From Bacilli bacterium (GTDB taxonomy: Bacteria > Bacillota_I > Bacilli_A > RFN20 > CAG-826), in assembly GCA_017542885.1 (NCBI GenBank), contig JAFXWH010000034.1:1-46960 (forward strand): a stretch of 46,960 nucleotides of DNA, read 5' to 3'. The notes below the pieces were generated by a model. That model worked only from the letters and a program-made list of their open reading frames with translations. It was not told the origin of the DNA and searched no databases. Both the position numbers and the translations under genes were made by a program. Shown here piece after piece: positions 10,066 through 19,805 of the stretch (positions are counted from its first letter, which is position 1; the number at the start of each line of letters is the position of its first letter).

Positions 10066-10718
10066 TTATGTTCCTCAAGGAAGGCAACAAGCGCTTTCTT
10101 AAGGTCAGCTGCTCCGATGGAACCATCGAAGTCAGTGAGTAAGCCCTCACCCTTATAGAATTCCATAAGAGGGGCTGTGCTCTTGTAGTAATTGGCAAGG
10201 CGGACTTTGAAGCTTTCCGCATTGTCGTCTTTGCGTTGCACGATTGGTGTTCCGCATTCGTCGCAGATGCCTTCTTGTTTCTTAGGAGGCATGAATGTGA
10301 CGTTATATGAAGCGCCGCATTTTGGGCAAACCCTGCGTCCGGCGATTCTTTCGATCAGAAGCTCATCTGGGCAAGAGATGTTGAGGATGGTGTTGACCTC
10401 ACGGTTGATCTCTTTCCCAAACGTTTTGAGGGCCTCGGCTTGGGCGATGGTGCGTGGGAAGCCATCAAGGAGGTAGCCATTCTCGCAGTCTTTGCGGGAG
10501 AGTCTTTCCTTAACTAACGCGCAGGTGAGGTCGTCGGAGACGAGTCCACCACCGTTGACGATAGCCTTGATTTTGTTTCCTAGCTCGCTGCCACTTGCCA
10601 TAGCCTCACGGAACATGTCGCCCGTGGAGATATGGGGAAGGCCATAATCTTTGGCGATCCAAAGGGCATGCGTGCCTTTGCCCGCGCCAGGCGGGCCCAT
10701 CAGAACGATATTGAGCAT
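10062..10718 (-). CDS. adk: Adenylate kinase (zinc-lid type)
   Basis: 218-aa ORF with P-loop GPPGAGKGT and a lid with CPKCG...CDECG. Confidence 0.96.
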   Translation of the reverse strand: MLNIVLMGPPGAGKGTHALWIAKDYGLPHISTGDMFREAMASGSELGNKIKAIVNGGGLVSDDLTCALVKERLSRKDCENGYLLDGFPRTIAQAEALKTFGKEINREVNTILNISCPDELLIERIAGRRVCPKCGASYNVTFMPPKKQEGICDECGTPIVQRKDDNAESFKVRLANYYKSTAPLMEFYKGEGLLTDFDGSIGAADLKKALVAFLEEHK

Positions 10719-10720
10719 CT

Positions 10721-12082
10721 TTATTGTTGAATTCCTTTCACTTTGTCAAAGGACTTGCCAGCGAGAAGGCCATCGATCTGGGCGTTGATTTCAAGAGCAA
10801 CGCCGACGATGATGATGAGACCGGTGCCGCCAAGGGCAAGAGTGTTGTCGCCATCGAAGACATTGGCCCAAACGAGGATGACTGGGAGAGCTGCGATGAT
10901 GGAGAGTGACATAGCACCGATGAAGGTGACTCTGTTAAGGACTTTCCTGACGTATCTCTCGGTTTCTTTTCCTGGGCGGATGCCTGGGATGTAGGAACCA
11001 TTCTTCTGGAAGTTATCCGCAAGGTTCTCCGGGTCGATCTGCATCTCCGCGTAGAAGAAGCAGAAGGCGATGATGAGGGCTAAGTAGATGAATAAGCCCC
11101 AGTTCATCTCCCAGTGGGTTCCATCGAACCATGGCATGGAGAAGGTCCTGTTGTAGTTGAAGATGTTAAGCCACTCTGCACTGGCCGCCTCACTTGAGAT
11201 GAAGCTGGCGATGATGGCAGGTGCGCTTAGGATGGAGCTAGCGAAGATGACAGGGATGACACCTGCGCTATTGATCTTGATCGGTAAGAAGGAGGCGCGC
11301 GCCATAGCGGCGGAACCACCACCTTTTCCTGCGTGCTGGACTGGGATTTTTCTCTTCGACAACTCGATGAAGACGACGAAGCCGATGATGAGGACCATCG
11401 CGAGGATATATAAGGCGAACTGGAAGGCACCTCTGATCATTTCGCTAGAAGAACGGGTGACAGTGTCTGTGACCCACTTCTTCCAAGCGGTTGTGATCTG
11501 GGTCGGCAGCGATCTGACGCAGCCGGCGAAGATGATCATGGAAATACCATTTCCGAGGCCTTTCTCGGTGATCTGGTCACCAAGCCACATGGTAAGCATG
11601 GCACCCGCGAGGATGACGGTTACGATGTAGGCGTAAGTCCAGAAATTGCTCTCGAGATTTAAGGTGATGAAGCTGCTGTTCTCCATGGTGCGGATGATGC
11701 CGTAGCCTTGTACAGCACCGAGAAGAAGCGTGAGATAACGCGTGGCCATCTCGCTCTTCTTACGTCCGTACTCGCCTTGCTTGCTGAGTTCAGTAAGCGC
11801 TGGCAAGACATCCTTGGAGAGAAGCTGAATGATAATCTGAGCCGTGATGTATGGCGAGACACCGAGGGCAAACACGGAGAAGTTGGAGAGAGCTCCACCT
11901 CCGAGCAAGTCCATGATAGCGAGCGAGTTGCCGCTCTTCATGAGATCATCGAGCTGTTTCTCGATGTGGACCCCCGGTACCGTAATGGCCGCCCCGATCC
12001 TGACGACGAAGAGGATCATGATCGTAAAGAAAATACGATTGACAATCTCTTTATTTTTGAAGATCGAGACGAACTTTTTCAT
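10721..12082 (-). CDS. secY: Preprotein translocase subunit SecY
   Basis: 453-aa 10-TM ORF between rplO and adk, containing LGVSPYITAQIIIQLL. Confidence 0.96.
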   Translation of the reverse strand: MKKFVSIFKNKEIVNRIFFTIMILFVVRIGAAITVPGVHIEKQLDDLMKSGNSLAIMDLLGGGALSNFSVFALGVSPYITAQIIIQLLSKDVLPALTELSKQGEYGRKKSEMATRYLTLLLGAVQGYGIIRTMENSSFITLNLESNFWTYAYIVTVILAGAMLTMWLGDQITEKGLGNGISMIIFAGCVRSLPTQITTAWKKWVTDTVTRSSSEMIRGAFQFALYILAMVLIIGFVVFIELSKRKIPVQHAGKGGGSAAMARASFLPIKINSAGVIPVIFASSILSAPAIIASFISSEAASAEWLNIFNYNRTFSMPWFDGTHWEMNWGLFIYLALIIAFCFFYAEMQIDPENLADNFQKNGSYIPGIRPGKETERYVRKVLNRVTFIGAMSLSIIAALPVILVWANVFDGDNTLALGGTGLIIIVGVALEINAQIDGLLAGKSFDKVKGIQQ

Positions 12083-12528
12083 TACTTAATAACCTCGGCA
12101 ATGCCACCTTTTTCCTCAATGGCAGCTTTGGCCTTCGCGGAGAAGGCGTTAGCTTTGACAGTGAGTTTTTTGGTTAATGCACCAGTACCAAGGATTTTAA
12201 CACCATTGGTGAGGCTCTTCACTAAACCTTTTTCGACAAGGGCTTTTCCATCGACGACGGAACCCTCTTCGAAGGCGTTGAGATCATCGAGGTTGACGAC
12301 AGCCTTGATGACTTTGATGTTGTTGTTGAAACCATACTTTGGAATACGGCGAGCTAAAGGCATCTGACCGCCTTCGAAGCCGTTCTTCTTGGTATGGGCA
12401 TGAGCGCCTTGGCCTTTCTGGCCACGGCCGGCGGTCTTGCCATTGCCAGAGCCTAAGCCCTGACCTTTGCGGAAGTGCTCTTTGCGGGAGCCTTCGACCA
12501 CCACGATAGTATGAAGATTCTCAGCCAT
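12082..12528 (-). CDS. rplO: 50S ribosomal protein uL15
   Basis: 148-aa ORF with a Gly-rich GRGQKGQ N-terminal half. Its ATG overlaps the rpsE stop (TAATG), so no rpmD lies between them. Confidence 0.95.
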   Translation of the reverse strand: MAENLHTIVVVEGSRKEHFRKGQGLGSGNGKTAGRGQKGQGAHAHTKKNGFEGGQMPLARRIPKYGFNNNIKVIKAVVNLDDLNAFEEGSVVDGKALVEKGLVKSLTNGVKILGTGALTKKLTVKANAFSAKAKAAIEEKGGIAEVIK

Positions 12529-13316
12529 TATTTATCTCCTTTTGGCTCTTTGGCTTCGTGAGCGCGTGGAGCGCGTCTTTCGAAGTTACGTGGAGCTCTT
12601 TCGGCTCTCTCGGCCTTTGGGGCTGGGGCTGGATGCATGGCTTTGATCTCCTCTTCGGTCTTAAGACCGCGGAGAACCATGACCTTGTCATAGCTCTTAA
12701 GGGACTGGAGAGCGGCGTCGGTGGCACGGACCACGTTGAGGGCGGTACGGGAGCCATAGACTTTGGAAACGACGTTCTTGATGCCAGTGAGCTCAAGGAC
12801 GGCACGGACGGCGCCACCAGCGATGATACCAGTGCCAGCTGGAGCTGGTTTGAGGATGACCTTGGTGGAGGTCCAGCTGCCTTCGACTTCGTGAGCGATG
12901 GTGCCTTTGGTAAGGTGGACGCTCTTGAGGTTCTTCTTAGCAGCGGTTAAGGATTTTTTGATGGCATCCGGGACTTCACCGGATTTTCTCATGGCAAATC
13001 CATAGTGGCCTTTGCCATCGCCGACGACGACGAGGGCATCGAAACGCATATGTTTGCCACCCATGACGACTTTGGTGACCTTGTTGATGTCAACAACGCG
13101 ATCGTTGAAGTCATCTTCTTCGCGACGGAATCCGCCACGGCCACCACGTCTCTCGCCTGGACGGCCACGGTGGTCGCCGAATTTGCGGGAGCCTGGACGG
13201 TCGCTAGTGCGGCTACCGGCTGGTTCACGTTCTGGGTTGCCAGTAGGATTACGCTTCGCCTCTGGAGCATTGTTAGCGGCTTCTTGAGCCACAACTTCTT
13301 TATTTTCTTCAGCCAT
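12528..13316 (-). CDS. rpsE: 30S ribosomal protein uS5 with long N- and C-terminal extensions
   Basis: 262-aa ORF with a uS5 core RVVDINKVTKVVMGGKHMRF...GTGIIAGGAVRAVLE. It is flanked by an RG-rich N-tail of about 60 extra aa and a P/A/R/E-rich C-tail of about 36 aa. AAGGAG lies 7 nt before the ATG. Confidence 0.93.
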   Translation of the reverse strand: MAEENKEVVAQEAANNAPEAKRNPTGNPEREPAGSRTSDRPGSRKFGDHRGRPGERRGGRGGFRREEDDFNDRVVDINKVTKVVMGGKHMRFDALVVVGDGKGHYGFAMRKSGEVPDAIKKSLTAAKKNLKSVHLTKGTIAHEVEGSWTSTKVILKPAPAGTGIIAGGAVRAVLELTGIKNVVSKVYGSRTALNVVRATDAALQSLKSYDKVMVLRGLKTEEEIKAMHPAPAPKAERAERAPRNFERRAPRAHEAKEPKGDK

Positions 13317-13327
13317 AGTTTTTCTCC

Positions 13328-13684
13328 TTAGAACACGAGGCCGGCTTTACGTGCGGCTTCGGCGAGGGCGGCAATACGCCCATGATATTGGTAACCACCA
13401 CGGTCGAAGACGACCTTGGAGATGCCTTTATCTTTGGCTTTATTGGCGATAGCTTCACCAACTTTGGCAGCGGCTTCGCAGTTGGAGCCGTTAGCAAGCT
13501 TGAGTTGGACACTCGAAGTGCAAGCCAAGGTCATACCTTTGGTATCGTCGATGAGCTGGGCTTCGATGTGTTTGTTGGAACGGAAGACCACAAGACGTGG
13601 GCATTCCGCGGTGCCGGAGATCTTCGCTCTGACTCTGAGGTGACGACGGGCTCTGACCGCCGAACGGGACTCTTTCTGAATCAT
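13328..13684 (-). CDS. rplR: 50S ribosomal protein uL18
   Basis: 118-aa ORF with [30 protein letters not shown]. Confidence 0.96.
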   Translation of the reverse strand: MIQKESRSAVRARRHLRVRAKISGTAECPRLVVFRSNKHIEAQLIDDTKGMTLACTSSVQLKLANGSNCEAAAKVGEAIANKAKDKGISKVVFDRGGYQYHGRIAALAEAARKAGLVF

Positions 13685-13698
13685 ATGTTCTCTCCTCC

Positions 13699-14259
13699 TT
13701 ATTTCTTAGCACCGGTGGCAGCGGCACGCTTACCAACCTTCTTGATGAGGTGCTGGCCTTTGTAGTGGACGCCTTTCTGACCGTAGACGTCTGGACGGTG
13801 TGAATCATAGATGAGGGCAGCGGTCTGTCCAACATCGTGCTTGTCGCAGCCTTCAACGACGACGTGGGTGTCATCTGGGCAGGTGATCTTGGTGAACTTT
13901 CCGACTGGCTCGACACGGATTTCGTGAGAGTAGCCGAGGAACATGCAGACAGCGCCGTTCTTGACGGAGGCGCGGTAACCGGTTCCGTTGATTTCGAGTT
14001 CTTTCTTCCAGCCTTCGCTCACGCCCTTGGCGGCATTGTGAAGGTTAGCCGCGAAGGTACCGTGGTTTTTATGGGCTTGTCTGCTCTCGGTATCTTCGAG
14101 AACGCAGTGCAAGGCTCCGCCTTCCTCATGGACGCTGACGCCAGCTAAGAGCTTGACGCTTACTTCGCCCTTTGGACCTTTAACGGAGACAGCGCCATCT
14201 TTGATTTCATAGGTGACGCCCTCAGGAAGAGAGATGGGTTTTAATCCAATACGTGACAT
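13699..14259 (-). CDS. rplF: 50S ribosomal protein uL6
   Basis: 186-aa ORF starting [22 protein letters not shown]. Confidence 0.96.
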   Translation of the reverse strand: MSRIGLKPISLPEGVTYEIKDGAVSVKGPKGEVSVKLLAGVSVHEEGGALHCVLEDTESRQAHKNHGTFAANLHNAAKGVSEGWKKELEINGTGYRASVKNGAVCMFLGYSHEIRVEPVGKFTKITCPDDTHVVVEGCDKHDVGQTAALIYDSHRPDVYGQKGVHYKGQHLIKKVGKRAAATGAKK

Positions 14260-14282
14260 AAATGTACTTTCTTCTCCTCTAA

Positions 14283-14678
14283 TTACCAGACGTAGCAGAG
14301 AACTTCGCCGCCGACGTGCTCTTTGCGAGCTTCAGCGTCGGTGAGGATGCCTTTGCTGGTGCTGATGATGGCGATGCCAAGACCTTTGAGGACCTTTGGA
14401 AGCTTCTCGCATTCCATGGTCACGCGAAGACCTGGCTTACTAATCCTCTTGAGATTAGTGATAACGCGCTCGCCGTTCGCGCCATACTTAAGGGTTAAAG
14501 TGAGGGTTTTGCTCGCGCCTTCACCTTCGGCAACGAAGGAACTGATGTAACCTTCGGAGAGAAGGATGCGGGCGATTTCTCCCTTGACCTTGCTATAAGG
14601 CATGGAGACAGTCTCGTAACGAAGCGCGTTGGCGTTTCTGATGCGAGTGAGCATATCGGCAATTGGATCTGCAATCAT
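14283..14678 (-). CDS. rpsH: 30S ribosomal protein uS8
   Basis: 131-aa ORF starting [13 protein letters not shown] and ending GGEVLCYVW. Confidence 0.96.
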   Translation of the reverse strand: MIADPIADMLTRIRNANALRYETVSMPYSKVKGEIARILLSEGYISSFVAEGEGASKTLTLTLKYGANGERVITNLKRISKPGLRVTMECEKLPKVLKGLGIAIISTSKGILTDAEARKEHVGGEVLCYVW

Positions 14679-14697
14679 TTTTTATCTCCTTTCCTTA

Positions 14698-14883
14698 TTA
14701 CCATGAAGCCTTCTTCATGCCTGGGATCTCGCCTTTGTAGGCCATCTCCCTGAGGCAGATACGGCAAAGTCCGAATTTACGGAGGACACCGTGTGGGCGG
14801 CCGCAGCGCTGGCAACGGGTGTAGTTGCGGGTGCTGAACTTCTGTGGGCGGCTCGCTCTGACGATTAAACTAGTTTTGGCCAT
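14698..14883 (-). CDS. rpsN: 30S ribosomal protein uS14, zinc-binding type Z
   Basis: 61-aa ORF with [20 protein letters not shown] (C4 site). Confidence 0.95.
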   Translation of the reverse strand: MAKTSLIVRASRPQKFSTRNYTRCQRCGRPHGVLRKFGLCRICLREMAYKGEIPGMKKASW

Positions 14884-14895
14884 GTTCGTTTCTCC

Positions 14896-15621
14896 TTAAC
14901 GTTTGAATGGCATGCCGAGGAGTTCAAGAAGCTTGAAGGCTTCGGCATCGCTCTGAGCGGTTGTGACAATGACGATGTCCATGCCACGGATCTTCGAGAT
15001 CTTATCGTAGTCGATCTCAGGGAAGATGAGCTGCTCACGAACGCCCAAGGTGTAGTTACCATGACCGTCGAAGGCGTTCTTGGAGACGCCACGGAAGTCA
15101 CGGACGCGTGGGAGAGCGATGGAGACGAGCTTATCGTAGAACTCGTACATTCTCTGACCACGAAGGGTAACTTTGGTGCCAATGGCCTGTCCTTCACGGA
15201 GTTTGAAGTTCGCGATGGACTTTCTGGCTTTGGTGATGACTGGCTTCTGGCCAGCGATAGCGGTCAATTCAGCGACGCTGTCTTCGAGGGCTTTGCCGTT
15301 TGAGGTGGCATCGCCGACGCCGATGTTGATGACGATCTTCTCGAAGCGTGGGGCTTGCATGATGGAGGTGTATCCGAACTCTTTGATGAGAGCTGGAACA
15401 ACTTCGTTCTTATATTTGGCAAGAACGCGGTTGAGCTCTTTTGCAGGAGCGGCTGGTTTCTTGCTGGCTTTTGGGGCCTCGGCCTTTGGGGCTTCCTCTT
15501 TTGGAGCTTCTGCTTTTGGAGCAGCGGCTTTAGGAGCGGCAGCCTTAGTGGCTTTAGGAGCGGAGGCTTTCTTAGCGGTAGTAGTTTTCTTAGCGGTAGC
15601 TTTCTTTTCTTCTTCTGCCAT
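14896..15621 (-). CDS. rplE: 50S ribosomal protein uL5 with an A/K/P-rich N-terminal tail of about 60 aa
   Basis: 241-aa ORF. The uL5 core begins near [27 protein letters not shown] lies 8 nt before the ATG at 15619-15621, and there is no internal in-frame ATG near the core. Confidence 0.93.
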   Translation of the reverse strand: MAEEEKKATAKKTTTAKKASAPKATKAAAPKAAAPKAEAPKEEAPKAEAPKASKKPAAPAKELNRVLAKYKNEVVPALIKEFGYTSIMQAPRFEKIVINIGVGDATSNGKALEDSVAELTAIAGQKPVITKARKSIANFKLREGQAIGTKVTLRGQRMYEFYDKLVSIALPRVRDFRGVSKNAFDGHGNYTLGVREQLIFPEIDYDKISKIRGMDIVIVTTAQSDAEAFKLLELLGMPFKR

Positions 15622-15638
15622 TGTTATGTCCTCCTTCC

Positions 15639-15947
15639 TTACTTATCGAGGTTGGCTCCGCTCTTGGCGGTGCGAACCTTCTTGCCATTCTCGATGGTCA
15701 TATGGACACGAGTGGCTTTCTTTGTCTTTGGGTCAATGAGAGCGACCTTAGAGGCATCAAGCGGGACATAGATGTCGAGGATGGAGCCTTCTTGGACGTT
15801 CTGATTTGGCTTCTTGTGTTTCTTGTGGACGTTCACGCCTTCGACGACGACTTTGTTAAGCTTTGGGTAAACCTTCTGAACGGTGCCCTGCTTGCCTTTG
15901 TCATCACCGGAGAGAACGATGACTTTATCACCTTTTTTGATGTTCAT
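15639..15947 (-). CDS. rplX: 50S ribosomal protein uL24
   Basis: 102-aa ORF starting [23 protein letters not shown] (KOW motif). Confidence 0.96.
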   Translation of the reverse strand: MNIKKGDKVIVLSGDDKGKQGTVQKVYPKLNKVVVEGVNVHKKHKKPNQNVQEGSILDIYVPLDASKVALIDPKTKKATRVHMTIENGKKVRTAKSGANLDK

Positions 15948-15958
15948 ATCTCTTCTCC

Positions 15959-16327
15959 TTACAAGACCTCGCTGGCAAGGGAGATGATTTTCATGAATCC
16001 CTTTTCACGAAGCTCACGGGCGACCGGTCCGAAGACACGGGTGCCGAGTGGGTTATGATCATCATCGACGATGACCACGGCATTATCATCGAAGCCAATG
16101 GAGGAGCCATCTTTGCGGATGACCTGTCTCTTGGTGCGGACGATGACGCCTTTGACGACTTGACCCTTCTTGACCTTTCCATTTGGGGCAGCGTCCTTGA
16201 CGGCGCAGAGGACGATGTCACCGATGGAGGAGACCTTCATACGGGCTCCGCCGAGCTGACGGAAGATGCGGACGATGCGGGCACCGCTGTTATCGGCGAC
16301 CACGAGATTCGATTCATTCTGGACCAT
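15959..16327 (-). CDS. rplN: 50S ribosomal protein uL14
   Basis: 122-aa ORF starting [16 protein letters not shown] and ending SLASEVL. Confidence 0.97.
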   Translation of the reverse strand: MVQNESNLVVADNSGARIVRIFRQLGGARMKVSSIGDIVLCAVKDAAPNGKVKKGQVVKGVIVRTKRQVIRKDGSSIGFDDNAVVIVDDDHNPLGTRVFGPVARELREKGFMKIISLASEVL

Positions 16328-16341
16328 TATCCGTTTCCTCC

Positions 16342-16695
16342 TTATTCAGCTTTCGCTTCTTCGGCTGGGGCAGCGACGATCTCATCGGAACCTTCCTTCT
16401 TCTCGAGGGCGGCTTCGATGGCTTCGACTGACTCACCGGCTAAAGCGGCTTTATCAATGGAGACGAGTCTCCATCTCTTAAGACGGGAGAGTGGGCGGCA
16501 AGCCATGATGGTGACTTCATCACCGAGCTTGGCCTGCTCGTTCTCATCGTGAGCGTAATACTTCTTGGAGTATCCGACTCTCTTCTTGTAAAGGGGATCA
16601 TTACGCTTGGTGCTGACGGTGACGATGATGGTTTTGGCCATCTTGGTTCCGGTCACAACCCCTTGAAGAGAAGTTCTTCTATTTCTTTCTTCCAT
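16342..16695 (-). CDS. rpsQ: 30S ribosomal protein uS17 with an acidic C-terminal tail
   Basis: 117-aa ORF with a uS17 core [16 protein letters not shown]...RWRLV. This is followed by an A/E-rich tail of about 33 aa ending AEEAKAE. Confidence 0.93.
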   Translation of the reverse strand: MEERNRRTSLQGVVTGTKMAKTIIVTVSTKRNDPLYKKRVGYSKKYYAHDENEQAKLGDEVTIMACRPLSRLKRWRLVSIDKAALAGESVEAIEAALEKKEGSDEIVAAPAEEAKAE

Positions 16696-16712
16696 GGTAT
16701 TGGTCTCCTTTC

Positions 16713-16919
16713 TTATTTGGCCTCATGAAGGTGGAGGGCTCTCTCACGCTTCACGGTTTCGGCCTTAGCGATGTCCTTGCGGACGTAGTGTAATTCGTCT
16801 GGGTGCTCAATCTGTCCCACCGCTCTTTGGCGGGAGAGCTCGAAGAGCTTCTGACGAAGGCTGGCAAGCTTCTCGTCTAACTCTTTTGGAGATAACTCGC
16901 GGAATTCTTTGATATCCAT
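16713..16919 (-). CDS. rpmC: 50S ribosomal protein uL29
   Basis: 68-aa ORF in the conserved position, containing ELDEKLASLRQKLFELSRQRA. Confidence 0.94.
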   Translation of the reverse strand: MDIKEFRELSPKELDEKLASLRQKLFELSRQRAVGQIEHPDELHYVRKDIAKAETVKRERALHLHEAK

Positions 16920-16921
16920 GC

Positions 16922-17332
16922 TTATTCTCCTTTCTTAACGATCTTGCAGTTGATCGGAAGTTTGAAGGAAGCCTGACGAAGGGCCTTCATGGCGACTTCT
17001 TCGGAGACACCGCCGATCTCGAACATGACTCTGTTCTTCTTGACGACGGCGACCCATCCTTCTGGTGAACCTTTACCGGAACCCATACGGACTTCGGCTG
17101 GCTTCTTGGTGAAGGCGAGGTGAGGGAAGATTCTGATCCAAACCTTGCCAGAACGGTCGGTGTAACGGGATAAGACGATACGAGCGGCTTCGATCTGGTG
17201 GTCGGTGATGTAGGTTCCTTCCAACGCGGCTAAGCCATACTCACCGAAGGCGACCGTGTTGCCTTTGGTGGCGACACCCTCATAGCTGAGGCCATGTGGG
17301 CGGCGGTATTTAGTTCTACTTGGCTGGAGCAT
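16922..17332 (-). CDS. rplP: 50S ribosomal protein uL16
   Basis: The canonical N-terminus [13 protein letters not shown] starts at ATG 17330-17332, with GGAGG 6 nt upstream. The ORF-track extension to 17389 lies inside rpsC. The gene overlaps the rpsC 3' end by 17 nt. Confidence 0.93.
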   Translation of the reverse strand: MLQPSRTKYRRPHGLSYEGVATKGNTVAFGEYGLAALEGTYITDHQIEAARIVLSRYTDRSGKVWIRIFPHLAFTKKPAEVRMGSGKGSPEGWVAVVKKNRVMFEIGGVSEEVAMKALRQASFKLPINCKIVKKGE

Positions 17333-18029
17333 TTCTGTTTCCTCCTTCTGCTTTTGGAGCTTTCTTCTCTTCAGCGGCGGCGATTCCAACCTTGTTGGTG
17401 CCTCTGCAGCACCAGACCTTCACGCCAATACGGCCATAGGCGGTAGCGGCGCTGACGGCGGCGAAGTCGATATCCGCACGGAGGGTTTCGAGTGGGACAA
17501 CGCCCTCTTTGTAACCTTCGCGACGAGCGATTTCAGCTCCACCAAGACGTCCCTGGCACTGGGTTCTGCAACCGGAAGCGCCAGCTTTTCTCATACGCTG
17601 GATGGCTTTCTTCTGGGTGCTACGGAAGGACTGACGGTTCTCGAGCTCAGAAGCGATCCATTTGCCGATGAGGGTAGCATCGACGTCTGGGTTTTTGACC
17701 TCAACGACCTCAAGATGCGGATTGCCGCTCTTGACGATCTTCTTAAGACCATCGTTGAGAAGTTTGGTGTTGGCACCATCCTGGCCCATGACGACGCCTG
17801 GACGGGCGACGTAGAGGGAGACGGTGACTTTGTATTCGGAATCGGTTTTGACACGCGCGATGTCGATATGGCTGAGAAGGGCTTCCTTGAGTTTTGGCTC
17901 TAAGAAGTTTCTGATGGCGATATCTTCACCAAGGAATGTTGCGTAGTCTTTCTTGGAAGCATACCAATTGGCTTCCCAGCCGCGGTTGATACCAATTCTA
18001 AGACCGACGGCGTTAACTTTCTGACCCAT
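17316..18029 (-). CDS. rpsC: 30S ribosomal protein uS3
   Basis: 237-aa ORF starting [24 protein letters not shown], with a short K/A/E-rich C-terminal tail. Confidence 0.96.
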   Translation of the reverse strand: MGQKVNAVGLRIGINRGWEANWYASKKDYATFLGEDIAIRNFLEPKLKEALLSHIDIARVKTDSEYKVTVSLYVARPGVVMGQDGANTKLLNDGLKKIVKSGNPHLEVVEVKNPDVDATLIGKWIASELENRQSFRSTQKKAIQRMRKAGASGCRTQCQGRLGGAEIARREGYKEGVVPLETLRADIDFAAVSAATAYGRIGVKVWCCRGTNKVGIAAAEEKKAPKAEGGNRNAPAK

Positions 18030-18041
18030 TGATATTCCTCC

Positions 18042-18578
18042 TTACCTTTCTTTCACGGTGACTCTCATGAAGCTGGTGCGCTTGATGATTGGGGAGCTTG
18101 CGCCCTTACCGCGTGGTTCATAACGTTTCATTCTGACACCATCGCTGGCCTGGATCTCGGCGACATAGAGTTTGTCACCGGCCATGCCGAAGTTGTTGGT
18201 GGCATTGGCGGCTGCGCTCTTGATGAGCTTGGCGACTGGGTCGCTAGCAGCTTTGTTGACGTGGAAGAGGAGCTCAAGGGCATCGTTGACGTTCTTGCCA
18301 CGGACGAGATCCATAACGAGACGGACCTTACGTGGGGTGACGCGAACATCACGGGCGATGGCGTGGGCCTCAGTGACCTTAGCCTTGACTGGCTCGGCCT
18401 TGACCTCAGCCTTTTTCTTGGCTGGTTTCTTCTCTTCAGCCTTTGGAGCGGCCTCTGGAGCAGCTTCTTTCTTTGGGGCTGCGGCTTTCTTAGCAGGAGC
18501 CTTCTTGGCGGCTGGTTTCTTCTCAGCCTTGGCTTCTTCTTTGACTTCCGCAGTAGCTTTCTTTTTGGTTTCTGCCAT
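18042..18578 (-). CDS. rplV: 50S ribosomal protein uL22 with an A/K/P/E-rich N-terminal tail of about 65 aa
   Basis: 178-aa ORF. The core begins near EAHAIARDVRVTPRKVRLVMDLVRG. AAGGAG lies 9 nt before the ATG at 18576-18578. Confidence 0.93.
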   Translation of the reverse strand: MAETKKKATAEVKEEAKAEKKPAAKKAPAKKAAAPKKEAAPEAAPKAEEKKPAKKKAEVKAEPVKAKVTEAHAIARDVRVTPRKVRLVMDLVRGKNVNDALELLFHVNKAASDPVAKLIKSAAANATNNFGMAGDKLYVAEIQASDGVRMKRYEPRGKGASSPIIKRTSFMRVTVKER

Positions 18579-18591
18579 AGTTGCTTACTCC

Positions 18592-18879
18592 TTACTTACC
18601 GCTGGCCTGATCACCGGCGTTGTTGCCGTGATGGCCTTCGAATCTTCTAGTTGGGGCGAATTCGCCGAGCTTGTGACCGACCATATCCTCAGTGACGAAG
18701 ACGGTGATGTGCTCTTTGCCGTTATAGACGGCGAAGGTGTGCTCGACGAAGGCAGGATAGATGGTCGAACGTCTCGACCAGGTCTTGATGACTTCTTTTT
18801 TGCCGGCTTTATCGAGATCCTCGACCTTCTTGAGAAGGTAAGCATCTACGAACGGGCCTTTTTTGCTAGAACGTGACAT
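18592..18879 (-). CDS. rpsS: 30S ribosomal protein uS19
   Basis: 95-aa ORF starting [12 protein letters not shown], with [13 protein letters not shown]. Confidence 0.97.
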   Translation of the reverse strand: MSRSSKKGPFVDAYLLKKVEDLDKAGKKEVIKTWSRRSTIYPAFVEHTFAVYNGKEHITVFVTEDMVGHKLGEFAPTRRFEGHHGNNAGDQASGK

Positions 18880-18897
18880 GTGTTCGATCTCCTTTCC

Positions 18898-19728
18898 TTA
18901 TCCATTGCGGCGTCTCATGATGAGGCGGCTGCTGTTCTTCTTGATGCGACGGGTCTTGACGCCCATAGCTTTCTTTCCCCATGGGGTGCGTGGGGCATCG
19001 CGTCCGACAGGACACTTACCTTCACCACCACCGTGAGGGTGGTCACATGGGTTCATGGCGGAACCACGGACGGTTGGGCGGATACCCATGTTGCGGTTGC
19101 GACCGGCCTTACCGATGTTGACAAGGTTCCAGTCGTCATTGCCAACGATGCCGATTGTAGCGCGGCAGACGCTTAAGACTTTTCTGACTTCACCAGAGGC
19201 AAGGCGAAGGATGGTGTATTTGCCATCGACGCCAAGGACCTGAGCCATGGAACCGGCAGCGCGGCACATCTGTCCGCCTTTGCCTGGCTTAAGCTCGATG
19301 TTGTGGATGAAGGTACCTTCTGGGATGTTCTTAAGAGCTAAGTTGTTGCCGTTTTTGATATCGGTGGCCTCGCCGCTGATGATCTTGTCACCGACGTTGA
19401 GGTCTTTTGGTCTAATGATGTAGCGCTTTTCGCCATCAGCATAGGTGATGAGGGCGAGGAAGGCGGTACGGTTTGGATCGTATTCGATCGCCGAGACAGT
19501 TCCTGGGATCTCGTCTTTGTTACGACGGAAATCGACGATTCTGTAACGGTTCTTGTTGCCACCGCCGTGGTGACGGCAGGTGATCACTCCTTGATTGTTT
19601 CTGCCACCAGTGTGTTTCTTGGTGAGAAGAAGGGATTTTTCAGGAGTGGCTTTGGTGATTTCCTCATACGAGAGGGTCTGCATGGCGCGACGGCTCTTGG
19701 TATAAGGCTTGTAAACTTTGATTGCCAT
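18898..19728 (-). CDS. rplB: 50S ribosomal protein uL2
   Basis: 276-aa ORF with [15 protein letters not shown] and HPHGGGEG. Confidence 0.97.
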   Translation of the reverse strand: MAIKVYKPYTKSRRAMQTLSYEEITKATPEKSLLLTKKHTGGRNNQGVITCRHHGGGNKNRYRIVDFRRNKDEIPGTVSAIEYDPNRTAFLALITYADGEKRYIIRPKDLNVGDKIISGEATDIKNGNNLALKNIPEGTFIHNIELKPGKGGQMCRAAGSMAQVLGVDGKYTILRLASGEVRKVLSVCRATIGIVGNDDWNLVNIGKAGRNRNMGIRPTVRGSAMNPCDHPHGGGEGKCPVGRDAPRTPWGKKAMGVKTRRIKKNSSRLIMRRRNG

Positions 19729-19805
19729 TTCTTTTCTCCTATAGTGGTTTTCTTTTTAAGATTTTTTCTTATTTATATATAAGGATTAAGTCTTAAGGGT
19801 GTTTC

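Noticed and set aside
18172-18876. A long antisense ORF (234 aa) opposite rplV/rpsS. Similar shadow ORFs lie at 7021-7617, 11708-12367, 15173-15739, 13005-13331 and 44688-45335.
   Set aside because: These lie entirely inside well-supported conserved genes on the other strand. Their translations are low-complexity (Ala/Ser/Leu/Phe-rich mirror images of K/A/E-rich genes). None has an SD or promoter.
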